Part shown: positions 28,004 through 38,358 of the stretch, in pieces
Layout of the letters: every line of letters begins with the position of its first letter
How positions within the stretch are numbered: position 1 is the first letter of the stretch
Source of the DNA: a virus
DNA length: 64,000 nucleotides
Virus record (IMG/VR): IMGVR_UViG_3300033571_010557
Location: 3,367 to 67,366 of that record
Strand: one strand, 5' to 3'
Position numbers and translations under genes: made by a program
Notes under the pieces: generated by a model
Database searches by the model: none
Told to the model about the DNA's origin: nothing
What the model saw: only the letters and a program-made list of their open reading frames with translations

Positions 28004-28519
28004 ATGGGTTGCGAAACATCATCAGGATCTTATCTTCTAAAGTCGGCTAACCTATCCGACGTTCAAAATAAATCTGAGGCAAGGGATAACCTTGAACTGC
28101 TCTCTAATCAGGAATACCTTGATGCCCTGTGGAGGTCTATGATGATGAGGCAGTACCAGACCGGATCCCTCTGGATCACGACTGATCAACGTAACCCATC
28201 CAATTTCTTTGGGTTCGGTTCCTGGGAGAGGTATGCCACGGGTAAGGCCATGGTCGGTTCCGATTCCAATGATATAGACTTCGCGAACGTTGGTCAGACG
28301 GGTGGTTCGAAAAGTCATACACTTACGATTGATGAGATGCCGTCACACAACCACGGGATATCGTTGGGGGCTGGACGCGTGACTGCAGCCGTATACAACG
28401 GGTCAAACGGGGATATACGTCAGATAGACAATACTTCGATTCAGATGAACGGTGGTGGACAGCCCCACAACAATCTGCAGCCTTATATCGTAGTTAATGT
28501 CTGGAGGAGAATCGCATGA
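28004..28519 (+). CDS. Paralogous gp10-C/collar-like fibre protein
   Basis: Same domain plus NLSDVQNKSEARDNL fibre motif. Confidence 0.8.
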   Translation: MGCETSSGSYLLKSANLSDVQNKSEARDNLELLSNQEYLDALWRSMMMRQYQTGSLWITTDQRNPSNFFGFGSWERYATGKAMVGSDSNDIDFANVGQTGGSKSHTLTIDEMPSHNHGISLGAGRVTAAVYNGSNGDIRQIDNTSIQMNGGGQPHNNLQPYIVVNVWRRIA

Positions 28520-29622
28520 AGCATGAAACTGGGTGGGCCTTCGGCTGTAGTCTTGGCCCATCCATTTCTACGGCTTGCAACAAGCTAATACTCGTGGAGA
28601 GAGCCAACAATCTGCTCTCAAGCTCCGAGATTCACTTCTTGGTCAAGGATGCCAAGGTAGGCGACACGTCCCTTAATGAGATAACCGACGCCTTTATTAA
28701 GCAAAAGGATGAGCCATTTCAGCTGTGGCTCAGCAACGGTTCTGGGAGTAAGACCAAAGTGTGGAATCACGTGGTTGCCAGACTTCACTTGTCGTACTCT
28801 CAGAATGACTCCTTCGACCCGAAGTTGGTGGTGACCACCGTAGAACAGCTTGCCCACCTTAACAGATATACTAAGAACAGGGCGCATTCCAAACATGAGA
28901 AGAGGGTCAGTACTTTAGTGGAGTCCCTTATAAAAGAGAACGAGTTAACGGCAGATTCGATAGAGCAGACTAAGGAGGTACAGGAATTCGGTTTATTGAG
29001 ACAGTGTTACATGACTGACTATCAGTTCATAATGTCTCATTTGATACCGAGGTCTTCTGGGGATTCCGGTTCCGGGTTCAGGCTTTTCACAAAGGATGGC
29101 AAGAAGGTATGTTTCCAGACTCTCTCGTACAAGGCCAAGGATTGCACTATGGAGCCGGAGTTCGTCCTCAAAATCGACGAGTTCATAGACTGCTATGAAG
29201 TTCTTAAGAAGGGCGGTATTGATATAAAATCCGGTGCTCTTAGTCCTATCGATAAGAGAGTGGTATACTCTGATTCAAAGGGAGAGGACGGTAATACCGG
29301 ATCGACTGGACCCTCATGGTCCTACCCGACTTATTTACAATACCCGGTCTATTCCAAGGATGCGCTCGAAGCTATAACGAAGTCGCATCAGAGAGGCATT
29401 TCGGGGAACGCTTACCCACTGTGGATAAGACTAATCGGGTCGGATAAGATAGGCAAAGAAAGAATGACTCCAGAGTTTCCAATGAAGATAAAGTTTGGGG
29501 CTGGTACCAAGTATAGGAAGAGGGATGATCAGAACGGTTATCTGGAGGAGATCGTGCATCACTACGATAGTGGAACATACGAAATGACCTTGAAATGTTC
29601 CAGAGGAAAGATCAACGTCTAG
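28516..29622 (+). CDS. Probable baseplate hub (gp27/late control D-like)
   Basis: Q..MTDYQFI..L motif, C-terminal YLEEIVHHY..G.Y.M.L, size and context. Confidence 0.5.
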   Translation: MKHETGWAFGCSLGPSISTACNKLILVERANNLLSSSEIHFLVKDAKVGDTSLNEITDAFIKQKDEPFQLWLSNGSGSKTKVWNHVVARLHLSYSQNDSFDPKLVVTTVEQLAHLNRYTKNRAHSKHEKRVSTLVESLIKENELTADSIEQTKEVQEFGLLRQCYMTDYQFIMSHLIPRSSGDSGSGFRLFTKDGKKVCFQTLSYKAKDCTMEPEFVLKIDEFIDCYEVLKKGGIDIKSGALSPIDKRVVYSDSKGEDGNTGSTGPSWSYPTYLQYPVYSKDALEAITKSHQRGISGNAYPLWIRLIGSDKIGKERMTPEFPMKIKFGAGTKYRKRDDQNGYLEEIVHHYDSGTYEMTLKCSRGKINV

Positions 29623-29631
29623 TTATAATAT

Positions 29632-30414
29632 ATGTCAACCACTGTAAGATTACTAAACCTTGATCAAAGTCTCCCGGTTCAGGATGACTATTACGACACT
29701 CAAGCGGCTAAGTCAGGTGTTGTCAGATTCCTTAACGCCTCGGATCCTCAAAAGTTACCAGCTTTTAATCGCCTTCAGGGTGATTTGGTTAACCGCTTCA
29801 AGATAGTGGAGGCTAAGATTAATGAGATAATCGTAGCAGCTGCCAACGGTGAATTCAGTAATGATACCTTTGACGGTGGATTGTACTCCAGGATAGATGG
29901 GTCCACACCATTCACGGCACCGGTTTCTGGAATTGACCCGATACAGCCGGAGCATTTGGCTACCAAGGATTATGTTGATGATCTAATCCAGACCCTTAAC
30001 ACCTCAATAACTGAATTTTCCGAAGTTCTTGAGACCATCAATGAAACGAGCGCACATTACTCTGGTTGGATTACTCATACTTGGCAAGCAGCGACCAGAC
30101 AAATCGTAAGCCTCCCAATATCCCCACAGGTCTCTGACATAAATAAAATAATAGGAATAAACATTCTCGAAAGAGTTAACGTTTCGATCCCAACAGTTGG
30201 GAATCCAAACCCCGCTCAGAGAGTTATAACCAGACCTCTTGGCATAAATCAAAGATCACCGTTCGGCATTGATGATATATGGTTTGAAAACAACACCGTG
30301 AAGGTAGCTATACCGAACACTGCTTTCTATCAGTTTGGTTATGAACAATCCTATCAGAGTGTTCAATCAGTATCATTCAGACAGCTTAGGGCTGTCGTAA
30401 CGCTAATCAAATGA
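29632..30414 (+). CDS. Virion/tail-associated protein
   Basis: DP..PEHLATKDYVD fibre motif, late-type motif upstream. Confidence 0.65.
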   Translation: MSTTVRLLNLDQSLPVQDDYYDTQAAKSGVVRFLNASDPQKLPAFNRLQGDLVNRFKIVEAKINEIIVAAANGEFSNDTFDGGLYSRIDGSTPFTAPVSGIDPIQPEHLATKDYVDDLIQTLNTSITEFSEVLETINETSAHYSGWITHTWQAATRQIVSLPISPQVSDINKIIGINILERVNVSIPTVGNPNPAQRVITRPLGINQRSPFGIDDIWFENNTVKVAIPNTAFYQFGYEQSYQSVQSVSFRQLRAVVTLIK

Positions 30415-30656
30415 ACGTAAAGGTAGACTTCAGTAAGAGAAGGACGGATGCTAAGACATCAATACTAGACCAGCTTCTTCCAGGCCAGTCTTACATCCAT
30501 GATCATACTGGTATGAAAACCCCCTTTGCAGTCTGGATAGCGACCAGACGTAGCAGGATGAATAAAAGATTTTCTTATTCCACCAAGGATGAGGATGGGA
30601 ATAAACTCCCCGAAGGTTGGTACAGAGTATTCCTTCCAGAAGAACAGACACCATGA
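30411..30656 (+). CDS. Hypothetical protein
   Basis: ATGA-coupled ORF. Confidence 0.6.
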   Translation: MNVKVDFSKRRTDAKTSILDQLLPGQSYIHDHTGMKTPFAVWIATRRSRMNKRFSYSTKDEDGNKLPEGWYRVFLPEEQTP

Positions 30657-30850
30657 CACACACAAGTTCAAAAACCGGGGTAGATTATTACCTACACAGG
30701 ACCCAGACACAGAAGCCAGGCTCCTTTCTTTATTACTTCTCGAAGAAGAAGAATGAAGCATGTTTTTGTCAGGAAATGCCAATGGGTTACCGAGTAGTGG
30801 AGTCTGATAATGGGTTCCCGATCCTTCGTAAGGTGAAGGCGGGACAGTAA
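30653..30850 (+). CDS. Small hypothetical protein
   Basis: G..YYLH...YYFSK...P.GY.V.E..NG.P.L.K. Confidence 0.65.
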   Translation: MTHTSSKTGVDYYLHRTQTQKPGSFLYYFSKKKNEACFCQEMPMGYRVVESDNGFPILRKVKAGQ

Positions 30851-30858
30851 TTATTCAC

Positions 30859-31497
30859 ATGAATCAGGCCATTGAAGACTTTGTTGGATACGCAGAGGGA
30901 AAAGGAAGACCGTTAGGAGACGTATTCATTAGGCCATTCGATAGAAGTGGTTCCTTTTTGAAGGACCCCCTCTCCGTCTTCGACAATAGAAGGTCGGCTG
31001 AGAAGATTTGTTTATCGAATCCGGAAGCTAGGAGAGTATTCGAAGACCACGGCGTAATAGTCTTAGGTGATAACCTAGTGGTCAATAGTGGTAGGCAAAT
31101 TATCGCCAATCTACTCGGTGGAAGGAATTTCAACTCATCCTCTCCTAACAAGGATTGGATCGTGTCCAAAATAAGCTTCGGGACGTATGATGAGGCACCC
31201 AGATTCACGGATACCACTTTGAGTCCTCAGTTCCTCAATGGCGTCTATGCTGGCGGTGAAAACGAAATTGCTTACGACGGCACCAACTACAAGAAAACCC
31301 TTAGTTCCGTTGACTGGCCTCAGCCTTTCATAGTTAGATTCGAAGGCATACTCGGGGTTGATGAGGGCGTTGGTTTCCTGATCAGGGAATTAGGTCTTTG
31401 GTCATATAACGAGACGCTGTTCGCTAGGAAGGCAATACCGGCGATAGCCAAGGATGACCAGTTCGGGTTTAGCATCCTTTGGCGAGTCAGAGTGTAA
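30859..31497 (+). CDS. Tail-collar/baseplate fibre-attachment-like protein
   Basis: NLVVNSGR..IA, IRELGL, LFARK...I.K pattern. Confidence 0.65.
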   Translation: MNQAIEDFVGYAEGKGRPLGDVFIRPFDRSGSFLKDPLSVFDNRRSAEKICLSNPEARRVFEDHGVIVLGDNLVVNSGRQIIANLLGGRNFNSSSPNKDWIVSKISFGTYDEAPRFTDTTLSPQFLNGVYAGGENEIAYDGTNYKKTLSSVDWPQPFIVRFEGILGVDEGVGFLIRELGLWSYNETLFARKAIPAIAKDDQFGFSILWRVRV

Positions 31498-31506
31498 AAT
31501 TCGTAC

Positions 31507-31535
31507 TTGACAGATTTCTAGGTTTGTGTTAAAGC
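31507..31535 (+). promoter_or_regulatory. Early promoter
   Basis: TTGACA-17-TAAAGC with TGTGT. Confidence 0.65.
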
Positions 31536-31543
31536 ATAAACCT

Positions 31544-33535
31544 ATGTTCGACCAAATCCGAAATCAAGTATCAAGTCGTTTCTCACTCCTGTCTAAGTCA
31601 ATCCTATTCAAGGTTGACGTCGATAAGGACAAAATCTGGGACATCTATCTGAATGCCATCCCGGAACAATACAGGCAATCCAATAACTGCAACTGTTGTA
31701 AGAGTTTCTTGCGACAATTCTCAGGCATTGTTGCAATCGGCCAAGACCTGGAGCGTCTAACCCTCTGGGACTTCGACGTCGAGAGTGAAGAGTACTCGGA
31801 AGCCATCAAGGCTCTCCGTAAGTACATCAATTCCCTTCCCATCTCCGGAATCTTCCTGAACCCCTTCGCGAAGTTGGGAACGAATAAGAGTCCGGACCCA
31901 AAGCGCAACGTCGTCTGGACCCACTATTACGTCGAACTCCCCTCGTCCTTCGTGAAGGGGGAACACCACATCGGGCCTCTCGTCGCCTCTAACACTGACA
32001 ACAAAAATGTTCTCAAGCGCTCTCTCGAAGAAATTACCGACGACGCTGTGGAGACAGTCATCGACCTCATCAACCAAGGCTCCATCTACCGTGGGAATGA
32101 GTTCCTTCCTCAAGTCGTCGAATTGAATCGCCTAAAGAAAAAGTACAAGGCTATCAAGAATATGGTCCATAAGGACCACTTCTGTTGGCTCACAGCGTCA
32201 CAGGTGTCGGGAACCGTTTGCAGAATTCGTAATTCAGCTATCGGGACCTTGCTACAGGACTTGAGCGAGGGTAAGGATATTGACGCTGCTGTGACGGCCT
32301 TTGAGCGTGTGACGGCACCAGCAAACTACCAACGCCCTAAGTCGATCGTCACCCCTAAGATGGTCGATGCCGCGAAAGCTCGTCTCCAAGAATTGGGACT
32401 TACCAATGCTGCTCTTGGCCGTCGTCAGCTTACTGACACCGACCTGACTGCCAATGCTGCTCTTTTCACGCACCGCGCCACCACTAAGTCGGTTGATGTG
32501 TTCGATCAGTTGAAGAATGAGAGCGTGATCAATCCGCGTTCATTCTCCAAGGTGGAAGAAGTGTCCCTCGATGACTTCATCAATAAGGTTCTGCCGACTT
32601 CTAAGTCAATCCGACTTCTACTCGAAAACGGTCACCTCGGTAATTTCGTTTCCCTCATTGGCTCGAAGGATGGTCCAGAGTCTAACTCCGGATTGTTCAA
32701 GTGGGATAACGACTTCTCGTGGTCGTACAGCGGCCAAGTAGCCGATTCAGTGAAGGAGAGGGTTAAAGCGGCTGGCGGGAAGGTTGATGGATTCCTTCGA
32801 ATCTCTCTTTCTTGGCTCAATCATGACGACCTAGACCTCCACGTTCATGAACCAGATGGTAACCATATCTATTTTGGGAATCGCGGCCTCATCAGCAATT
32901 GCGGTGGGTCGTTGGATGTCGATATGAACGTAAGTTCACCCGTTAGGAACGCAGTAGAGAATATCTGCTATCACCGACTCCCGAAAGATGGAACATACCG
33001 AGTAGTAGTTGACAACTATAATCGAAGAGAGACTACGGATGGAGGGTTCGAAGTGGAGGTTGAGTGTGATGGAGAGACGAAAGTATTCTCCTGTCACAAC
33101 AACAACGTACACCACTTCGAGGTCATGACATTCAAAATGAAGGGTGGCATGATCACTCTTCATGAGAGCAGCCTTAAGTCTGATGACAAGGGGTACGCTT
33201 CCAAAGAGAAATGGGGTGTGAAGACTGGCCAGTTCCACAAGGTTAAGGCGGTCACCCTGTCCCCCAACCATTGGAATGGGAAGGTGGGCAACAGACACCT
33301 CTTCTTTATCATCGACGGGTGTACCGCCGATGAGAAGCTCCGCCCTTTCTACAACGAGTTCCTCAACGAGAGTCTCTCAAAAGATAGGAAGGTGTTTGAA
33401 GTCCTAGGAAGTAAGGTCGAAGTAGAGAAAGTCGAAAACGAGCTTTCTGGACTCGGATTCTCTGACACTATCAGGAATCATGTTATTCTTGAGGTCGAAG
33501 GCTCGTTTAAACGAGTCATCAAAGTGAAGATTTAA
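31544..33535 (+). CDS. Large phage protein with internal YfaP/DUF2135-like domain
   Basis: CNCC motif; LRISLSW...DDLDLH..EP.G, G.LDVD.N, VENI. Confidence 0.7.
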   Translation: MFDQIRNQVSSRFSLLSKSILFKVDVDKDKIWDIYLNAIPEQYRQSNNCNCCKSFLRQFSGIVAIGQDLERLTLWDFDVESEEYSEAIKALRKYINSLPISGIFLNPFAKLGTNKSPDPKRNVVWTHYYVELPSSFVKGEHHIGPLVASNTDNKNVLKRSLEEITDDAVETVIDLINQGSIYRGNEFLPQVVELNRLKKKYKAIKNMVHKDHFCWLTASQVSGTVCRIRNSAIGTLLQDLSEGKDIDAAVTAFERVTAPANYQRPKSIVTPKMVDAAKARLQELGLTNAALGRRQLTDTDLTANAALFTHRATTKSVDVFDQLKNESVINPRSFSKVEEVSLDDFINKVLPTSKSIRLLLENGHLGNFVSLIGSKDGPESNSGLFKWDNDFSWSYSGQVADSVKERVKAAGGKVDGFLRISLSWLNHDDLDLHVHEPDGNHIYFGNRGLISNCGGSLDVDMNVSSPVRNAVENICYHRLPKDGTYRVVVDNYNRRETTDGGFEVEVECDGETKVFSCHNNNVHHFEVMTFKMKGGMITLHESSLKSDDKGYASKEKWGVKTGQFHKVKAVTLSPNHWNGKVGNRHLFFIIDGCTADEKLRPFYNEFLNESLSKDRKVFEVLGSKVEVEKVENELSGLGFSDTIRNHVILEVEGSFKRVIKVKI

Positions 33536-33573
33536 CCCGCAAACAACACAACACAACAAACCAAACAACACAA

Positions 33574-33963
33574 ATGAATACGTTCCTCATCGCATCCAAG
33601 AAGAAGCTCCGCTTCATCACCAATAAAGGTCAACTCTCGGTCGAAGACTTGTGGGACCTCAATCTTGAAGCCCTGGACACCATCGCCGTTCAACTCGACG
33701 AGAAGGTCCAACAGTCCGGGAAGAAGTCCTTCATTGGAAAACTCGACAAAGCATCGGCTGACGATAAGCTTCGTTTCGAGGTCGTGAAGACCATTATCGA
33801 AACGAAGATGGAAGAAGCTGAGAAAGCCAAGACTAGGGCTTCTCGTCGTGCTGACCGCGAGTTCCTGCAGCGTCTCCTTGACCAGAAAAAGGTCCAGGAA
33901 CTCGAAGGACTCGACATCGGGGAAATCCAGAAGCGTCTGGACGAACTCAAGGAAGAGGAGTAA
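33574..33963 (+). CDS. Coiled-coil phage protein, probable partner of the upstream gene
   Basis: LRF.T.KG.LSVEDLWDL motif. Confidence 0.75.
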   Translation: MNTFLIASKKKLRFITNKGQLSVEDLWDLNLEALDTIAVQLDEKVQQSGKKSFIGKLDKASADDKLRFEVVKTIIETKMEEAEKAKTRASRRADREFLQRLLDQKKVQELEGLDIGEIQKRLDELKEEE

Positions 33964-33973
33964 CCACGATAAC

Positions 33974-33999
33974 AGGGGCGGACCGATGGGTCCGCCCCT
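33974..33999 (+). terminator. GC-rich hairpin, likely terminator
   Basis: AGGGGCGGACC-GATG-GGTCCGCCCCT. Confidence 0.7.
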
Positions 34000-34051
34000 A
34001 AGTGGTTGACACGAACGTTCCCGTGTGCTAAGGTGCAACCTAATTATCCCT

Positions 34052-34780
34052 ATGAAGTTATCCGAAAGATTGTTGCAAGAGAGTCCTGATAAGATCAGAA
34101 TCGCCGACATGGTTCTAGAGTACGACCACATAAAGGCTACCACTTTCTGCTTCATAGATGATAGTCACATCGCGATCGCGGACCGCACCCACATCTTCAT
34201 TTATAATGCCCTTAGGGCCTTTAAGAAGTCTGCTGAATTGGGCAAGCCGAATTTCGGAGTCTTCAAGGATTATGGCGTTCGATTCTTACCTTCCAGACCT
34301 TCAAAAGAGGCTCTCTTGGATGTCGCTGATAAACTTGTCGGAGACATGGGAGGAAATCGCTTCAACACATACTCTGGGAGAGTCTGGGTTGGTCTTCGTT
34401 CAGAGGCTATAGGTAAGTTCTCGGCGATATCTTTCTGGACCACCTCTAAGGCCCCTGGAATGGTACGTAAGTTGGGTTCTATTCTCCATATCTTCAAGAT
34501 CGGCGACGAACCCCTATACGTGGAATTCATAGATTCAGAACAGCCGGAAGTGTTTAACTTAGGCTCTACTTCGGGGAAACTCATCAGCAAGGTCAATCCT
34601 AATTTGACCCAAGCCCAGATCGCGGACATACTTAAACGTGCTCATTTCGACAAAAAGTCTCTCACAAGGGAGGAGAGGGCGGTTGTGGACGAGTTCAGGC
34701 CAAGGGTAACCAAGAGCTTGTTCGACGAACCAATGATATCGGTTAGGGCCAAGGCCAGCACTAGTGAGTCATTAGTTTAG
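34052..34780 (+). CDS. Hypothetical protein, possible internal head protein
   Basis: MKLSERLLQESPD N-terminus, TAATTAT upstream. Confidence 0.7.
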   Translation: MKLSERLLQESPDKIRIADMVLEYDHIKATTFCFIDDSHIAIADRTHIFIYNALRAFKKSAELGKPNFGVFKDYGVRFLPSRPSKEALLDVADKLVGDMGGNRFNTYSGRVWVGLRSEAIGKFSAISFWTTSKAPGMVRKLGSILHIFKIGDEPLYVEFIDSEQPEVFNLGSTSGKLISKVNPNLTQAQIADILKRAHFDKKSLTREERAVVDEFRPRVTKSLFDEPMISVRAKASTSESLV

Positions 34781-34997
34781 TGATGACCCGCAATTCACTA
34801 TTTACTATTAGTTGCTTTAATAAAGAAACTGATGTAGATTATATTGCTGCTGGCAATTCAATATCGCGGATCAAAGGAGGCCATAAGGAGCTTGATAGGT
34901 CTGTTTCAGTTCGACCTCTTTTTATAGGGAGTATGAGAGGGATGGTATGATAAACTACTCTCGTGAGTGAATTGATAATACCAGCCCGTCGAATTAC

Positions 34998-35026
34998 TTG
35001 ACAAGAAGCGGATTTTGTGTTAAAAT
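34998..35026 (+). promoter_or_regulatory. Early promoter
   Basis: TTGACA-17-TAAAAT, ATG at 35033. Confidence 0.8.
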
Positions 35027-35032
35027 TAACAC

Positions 35033-36217
35033 ATGTCCCCTCAATCCATCAAAGTCGAAAGCAGGCCGTATCAAACGGAAATTCTGAAAGACCTCACTCA
35101 CGCCATCGAGTCCGGCATCACCTCGGTGATTGTTGACTCGCCAACTGGCTCCGGTAAGACTTTCATGGGTCTGGAAGCTTGCCGCAGGATGGTCACTGAA
35201 ATCCTCCCCAAGCTCCATGGGGTAAGCCCTGACGAAATTGGGGTGGCTTGGATTGCGATGCGTTCCAATCTGCTCACTGCCACCAACGAGGTCAATTCCA
35301 GGTACTTCATCGAGGAAATCACCGAACCCGGACAGTTCTGCCCGAATCTGCACACTGTTTCGATGTTCCAACGTGACTCTAAGTTCATGCGGAAGTACAA
35401 GATTCGCATTGCCGTCATGGACGAAGCCCATCACGACACCACGGAGTCGATGGCAAGGGTTTACGGGGATATCGACCCCCAGTACTGCATCGGTCTTACC
35501 GCGACCCCATTCCGTATGGACCAGAATCGCCTCGGATTCCAAAAGGTCATCAAGAAGGCTGGATACCGCTATCTTATCGATGACGGCTATTTGGCTGGAT
35601 TCAATCACTGGTCCATCACCAATGAGTGGAGTCCAGAGGCCGTTGCCAATACCTACCTTGAGAGTCCTGACGCTTGGGGTTCCAGCGTGATGTTCTTCCT
35701 CAACCGTGAAGAATGTGAGACTGCCAGCCGAGTTCTCACCGAAGGGGGCGTCTCCAATACCATCGTCCACGGCGAGTCTGATCGGGAGTCCCAAATCGAA
35801 GATTTGCAGAATGGTAAGGTCCAGGTCGTCATCTCAATGGCCATCTTGGCTGAGGGGTTCGACTTCCCCGCCCTGCAGTCGGTATTCGTTCGGGACTCAC
35901 AGAGCAAGGGTCTTGTCATGCAGATGGCAGGCCGAGCGCTTCGCAAGTTCACCATGCCGGATGGGAAACAAAAGGTGGCAAACGTCATTCAGAGTTCCAA
36001 GTCGCACTACCCATTCACCCGCTTCGCTCGTGCTCGGAACCAGTATGTGAAATCGAACGGTCGTTGGTCTTCTATTAAACCGAATGACAACGTTGAGAAG
36101 CACGTCGAAATCTCCCTCAAGGGCCTCGTGGTGGCCAAGGTCGATAAGAGTTCTCTCGATCGACTTCGTAAGAACATGAAAACCAAGAGGGTCTGGAAGA
36201 ATACGGACAATATCTAA
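35033..36217 (+). CDS. SF2 helicase (ResIII/DEAH-type)
   Basis: RPYQ, SPTGSGKT, DEAHH, GLTATPFR, EGFDFP, QMAGRALR. Confidence 0.92.
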   Translation: MSPQSIKVESRPYQTEILKDLTHAIESGITSVIVDSPTGSGKTFMGLEACRRMVTEILPKLHGVSPDEIGVAWIAMRSNLLTATNEVNSRYFIEEITEPGQFCPNLHTVSMFQRDSKFMRKYKIRIAVMDEAHHDTTESMARVYGDIDPQYCIGLTATPFRMDQNRLGFQKVIKKAGYRYLIDDGYLAGFNHWSITNEWSPEAVANTYLESPDAWGSSVMFFLNREECETASRVLTEGGVSNTIVHGESDRESQIEDLQNGKVQVVISMAILAEGFDFPALQSVFVRDSQSKGLVMQMAGRALRKFTMPDGKQKVANVIQSSKSHYPFTRFARARNQYVKSNGRWSSIKPNDNVEKHVEISLKGLVVAKVDKSSLDRLRKNMKTKRVWKNTDNI

Positions 36218-36349
36218 TTCCAATGAAATCAATACTAATCTCCTGCCTTTTTCTGGTTTCATGTCAGTGCAAAGACAAACCTACCATCCGAGACTACTTA
36301 GACCTTTGGTTTATGGTCCCTAATAACCCGTTTCCAATAATAGAGCCAA

Positions 36350-36700
36350 ATGAGTATAAAAACACTGGAAAGTGAGTTGACCGCAGCAGGTTGGTCATCG
36401 TTCAAAAACGCCTTGAAGAACGCTGATGCGTGCCTTTATAAAAGGTATCAAAATCATGAGGTCTGCCGGTCCAACAAATCCGGTGGAAAGCAGGTTGAGA
36501 TATACCTTTATGATATGTCGAAGTTCCACCGGGACAAGCGAATTTTATCTGCAGCGGTTCACGTGTCAGGGAATCTCGGCGATAGGTGGGTTGACTTCTC
36601 AGCCTACGGTAACCACGACCCTACTGTAGCTGAATTGGAGAAGATCGCCGAGAGACTTCTAACGGTGTGGGATTTCGCAGTCAAACAAGAGAACCAGTAA
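36350..36700 (+). CDS. Hypothetical protein
   Basis: 116-aa ORF. Confidence 0.65.
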   Translation: MSIKTLESELTAAGWSSFKNALKNADACLYKRYQNHEVCRSNKSGGKQVEIYLYDMSKFHRDKRILSAAVHVSGNLGDRWVDFSAYGNHDPTVAELEKIAERLLTVWDFAVKQENQ

Positions 36701-36713
36701 CCTATCTATTCGT

Positions 36714-37082
36714 ATGTTCATGCAAGGTCAGAAAGTGGTCTGTATCAACGACTCGTGGTCAGCCCTCACGTTAAACTTCTACACCGCTCTACCGGTGAAG
36801 GATAGTATATACACTATCAGGGCAGTAATGCCTGGACGCGGAAATCAGCAGATGACTCCTCCTTATAAATTCACCGAGGAAATAGCTGTGTTACTTGAGG
36901 AATTGATTAACCCGGAGTATGGGCCAGAGGGTAAGAAGACAGAAGCCGGTTTCAACATCGAAAGGTTCGCACCTTTAGAGGAGCTTACAGAGGAGCAAAT
37001 AATGAGATTCCACAAGGAGGAACCCGTTAAACCAGCTAAACCCGTTAAACAGCCAGCAAAGCCAGAGTTGGTTCCTGCTTAA
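36714..37082 (+). CDS. Hypothetical SH3-like protein
   Basis: GQKVVCIND...YTIR...RFAPL. Confidence 0.65.
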   Translation: MFMQGQKVVCINDSWSALTLNFYTALPVKDSIYTIRAVMPGRGNQQMTPPYKFTEEIAVLLEELINPEYGPEGKKTEAGFNIERFAPLEELTEEQIMRFHKEEPVKPAKPVKQPAKPELVPA

Positions 37083-37112
37083 TATTTGAGGACGACTCTC
37101 TAAGTATAGAGT

Positions 37113-37490
37113 ATGCCATACAAACTCAAGAAAGTAAAGGGAGGCTGGCAAGTTACTTCCCCTAACCATCCAGGTGGTTTTAAAAAGACTCCTCACAAGT
37201 CAAAGGAAAAAGCTATCGATCAACTGGCAGCTCTTAAAATCCATACTGACGAGTCTATAAAGACGATCAAGGACCTTCTTGAAGCTCATGAGCATCTGAA
37301 TAGGAGAACTCCGACCGAGGAGGAGTTAGCTGAGAAGTATGGAGTTGACATCTCGACTGTCAGAGAGGCTGTCAGAATCGGTACTAGGGTTGAGATTAAG
37401 GATCACACTACAGATCCAGAGATAGCCAGAGAAATAGCCATGGATCATCTCGGGGAGAGACTAGATTACTACGATAAACTGACGGTCTAG
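37113..37490 (+). CDS. DUF5661-like protein
   Basis: G..VE..HT.D..IAREIAMDHL.E..DYY.KL. Confidence 0.75.
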   Translation: MPYKLKKVKGGWQVTSPNHPGGFKKTPHKSKEKAIDQLAALKIHTDESIKTIKDLLEAHEHLNRRTPTEEELAEKYGVDISTVREAVRIGTRVEIKDHTTDPEIAREIAMDHLGERLDYYDKLTV

Positions 37491-37506
37491 TCTAGTAATT
37501 ATACGG

Positions 37507-38358
37507 GTGGAGAATTTAAATACAGCAGGCTCAAAGGACCTAGCGAAGCCTATACACCCGAAGGCTCTCATCCCTCAAGACTGGGACTTCGGGAGTGTTC
37601 TCAAATCAGCCCAAGACGGTACCCCAGGTAAGGACTCTAGAACCTTCATACGATTCTATGACAGAGCGGTAAGGAATTGGCTTCAGCAGACCACTATAAT
37701 GAACGGTCATAAGATACCGGTCATAAAATCGATGCCCAGAAAAGCTTTCGCAGAGTACGACCGGTTGTTGAAGGAGCAAGGGAACTTTCAGATGACTGGG
37801 GAGACCGCCATGAATGATATTAAGAGGCCCCCACTTCCTCTTATTAGTATATCAAGATCTAAACTACAGATAAGATCGTGGGGTAGATCAGTCTTTCCAA
37901 ACAGGAATTTGGCGTTCATCAATGGAGCGCATGACAATAAATCTGGAGACCTTCGTCGAGCAACCGTATACAGTAGAAGGCCGACACCAGTTGACATACC
38001 ATATTCTATAGAGATATGGACCACTTATGAGGCGCAGCACGCATGGGTGGCCCAGCAACTTCTCTCTAGCTTCTGGAATAATATCGCCCATTGGGAGACT
38101 TCCGATCCCTACTCAGGTGAGCAAACATTTCAGGTACCGATCCGCCTAAACTCCTTCACGGATAACAATGAGATACCAGAGAACGATTCAGACGCTAATC
38201 ATAGATGGACTATTGATATAACCGTTGAGGGCTGGATGTTCCATGATTTGTTGCTGGCCCCGACAGTACAGATAGGTACCAATATCATAGACATAGATGA
38301 GAAGTCTGACTCAGACGATGAGAGTTTAACCACAGAATTGACTTCTCTAGCCCCATGA
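37507..38358 (+). CDS. Tail terminator/sheath stabiliser, T4 gp15-like
   Basis: IPVI, LPLISISR, PTPVDIPYSIEIWT, ITVEGW. Confidence 0.65.
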   Translation: MENLNTAGSKDLAKPIHPKALIPQDWDFGSVLKSAQDGTPGKDSRTFIRFYDRAVRNWLQQTTIMNGHKIPVIKSMPRKAFAEYDRLLKEQGNFQMTGETAMNDIKRPPLPLISISRSKLQIRSWGRSVFPNRNLAFINGAHDNKSGDLRRATVYSRRPTPVDIPYSIEIWTTYEAQHAWVAQQLLSSFWNNIAHWETSDPYSGEQTFQVPIRLNSFTDNNEIPENDSDANHRWTIDITVEGWMFHDLLLAPTVQIGTNIIDIDEKSDSDDESLTTELTSLAP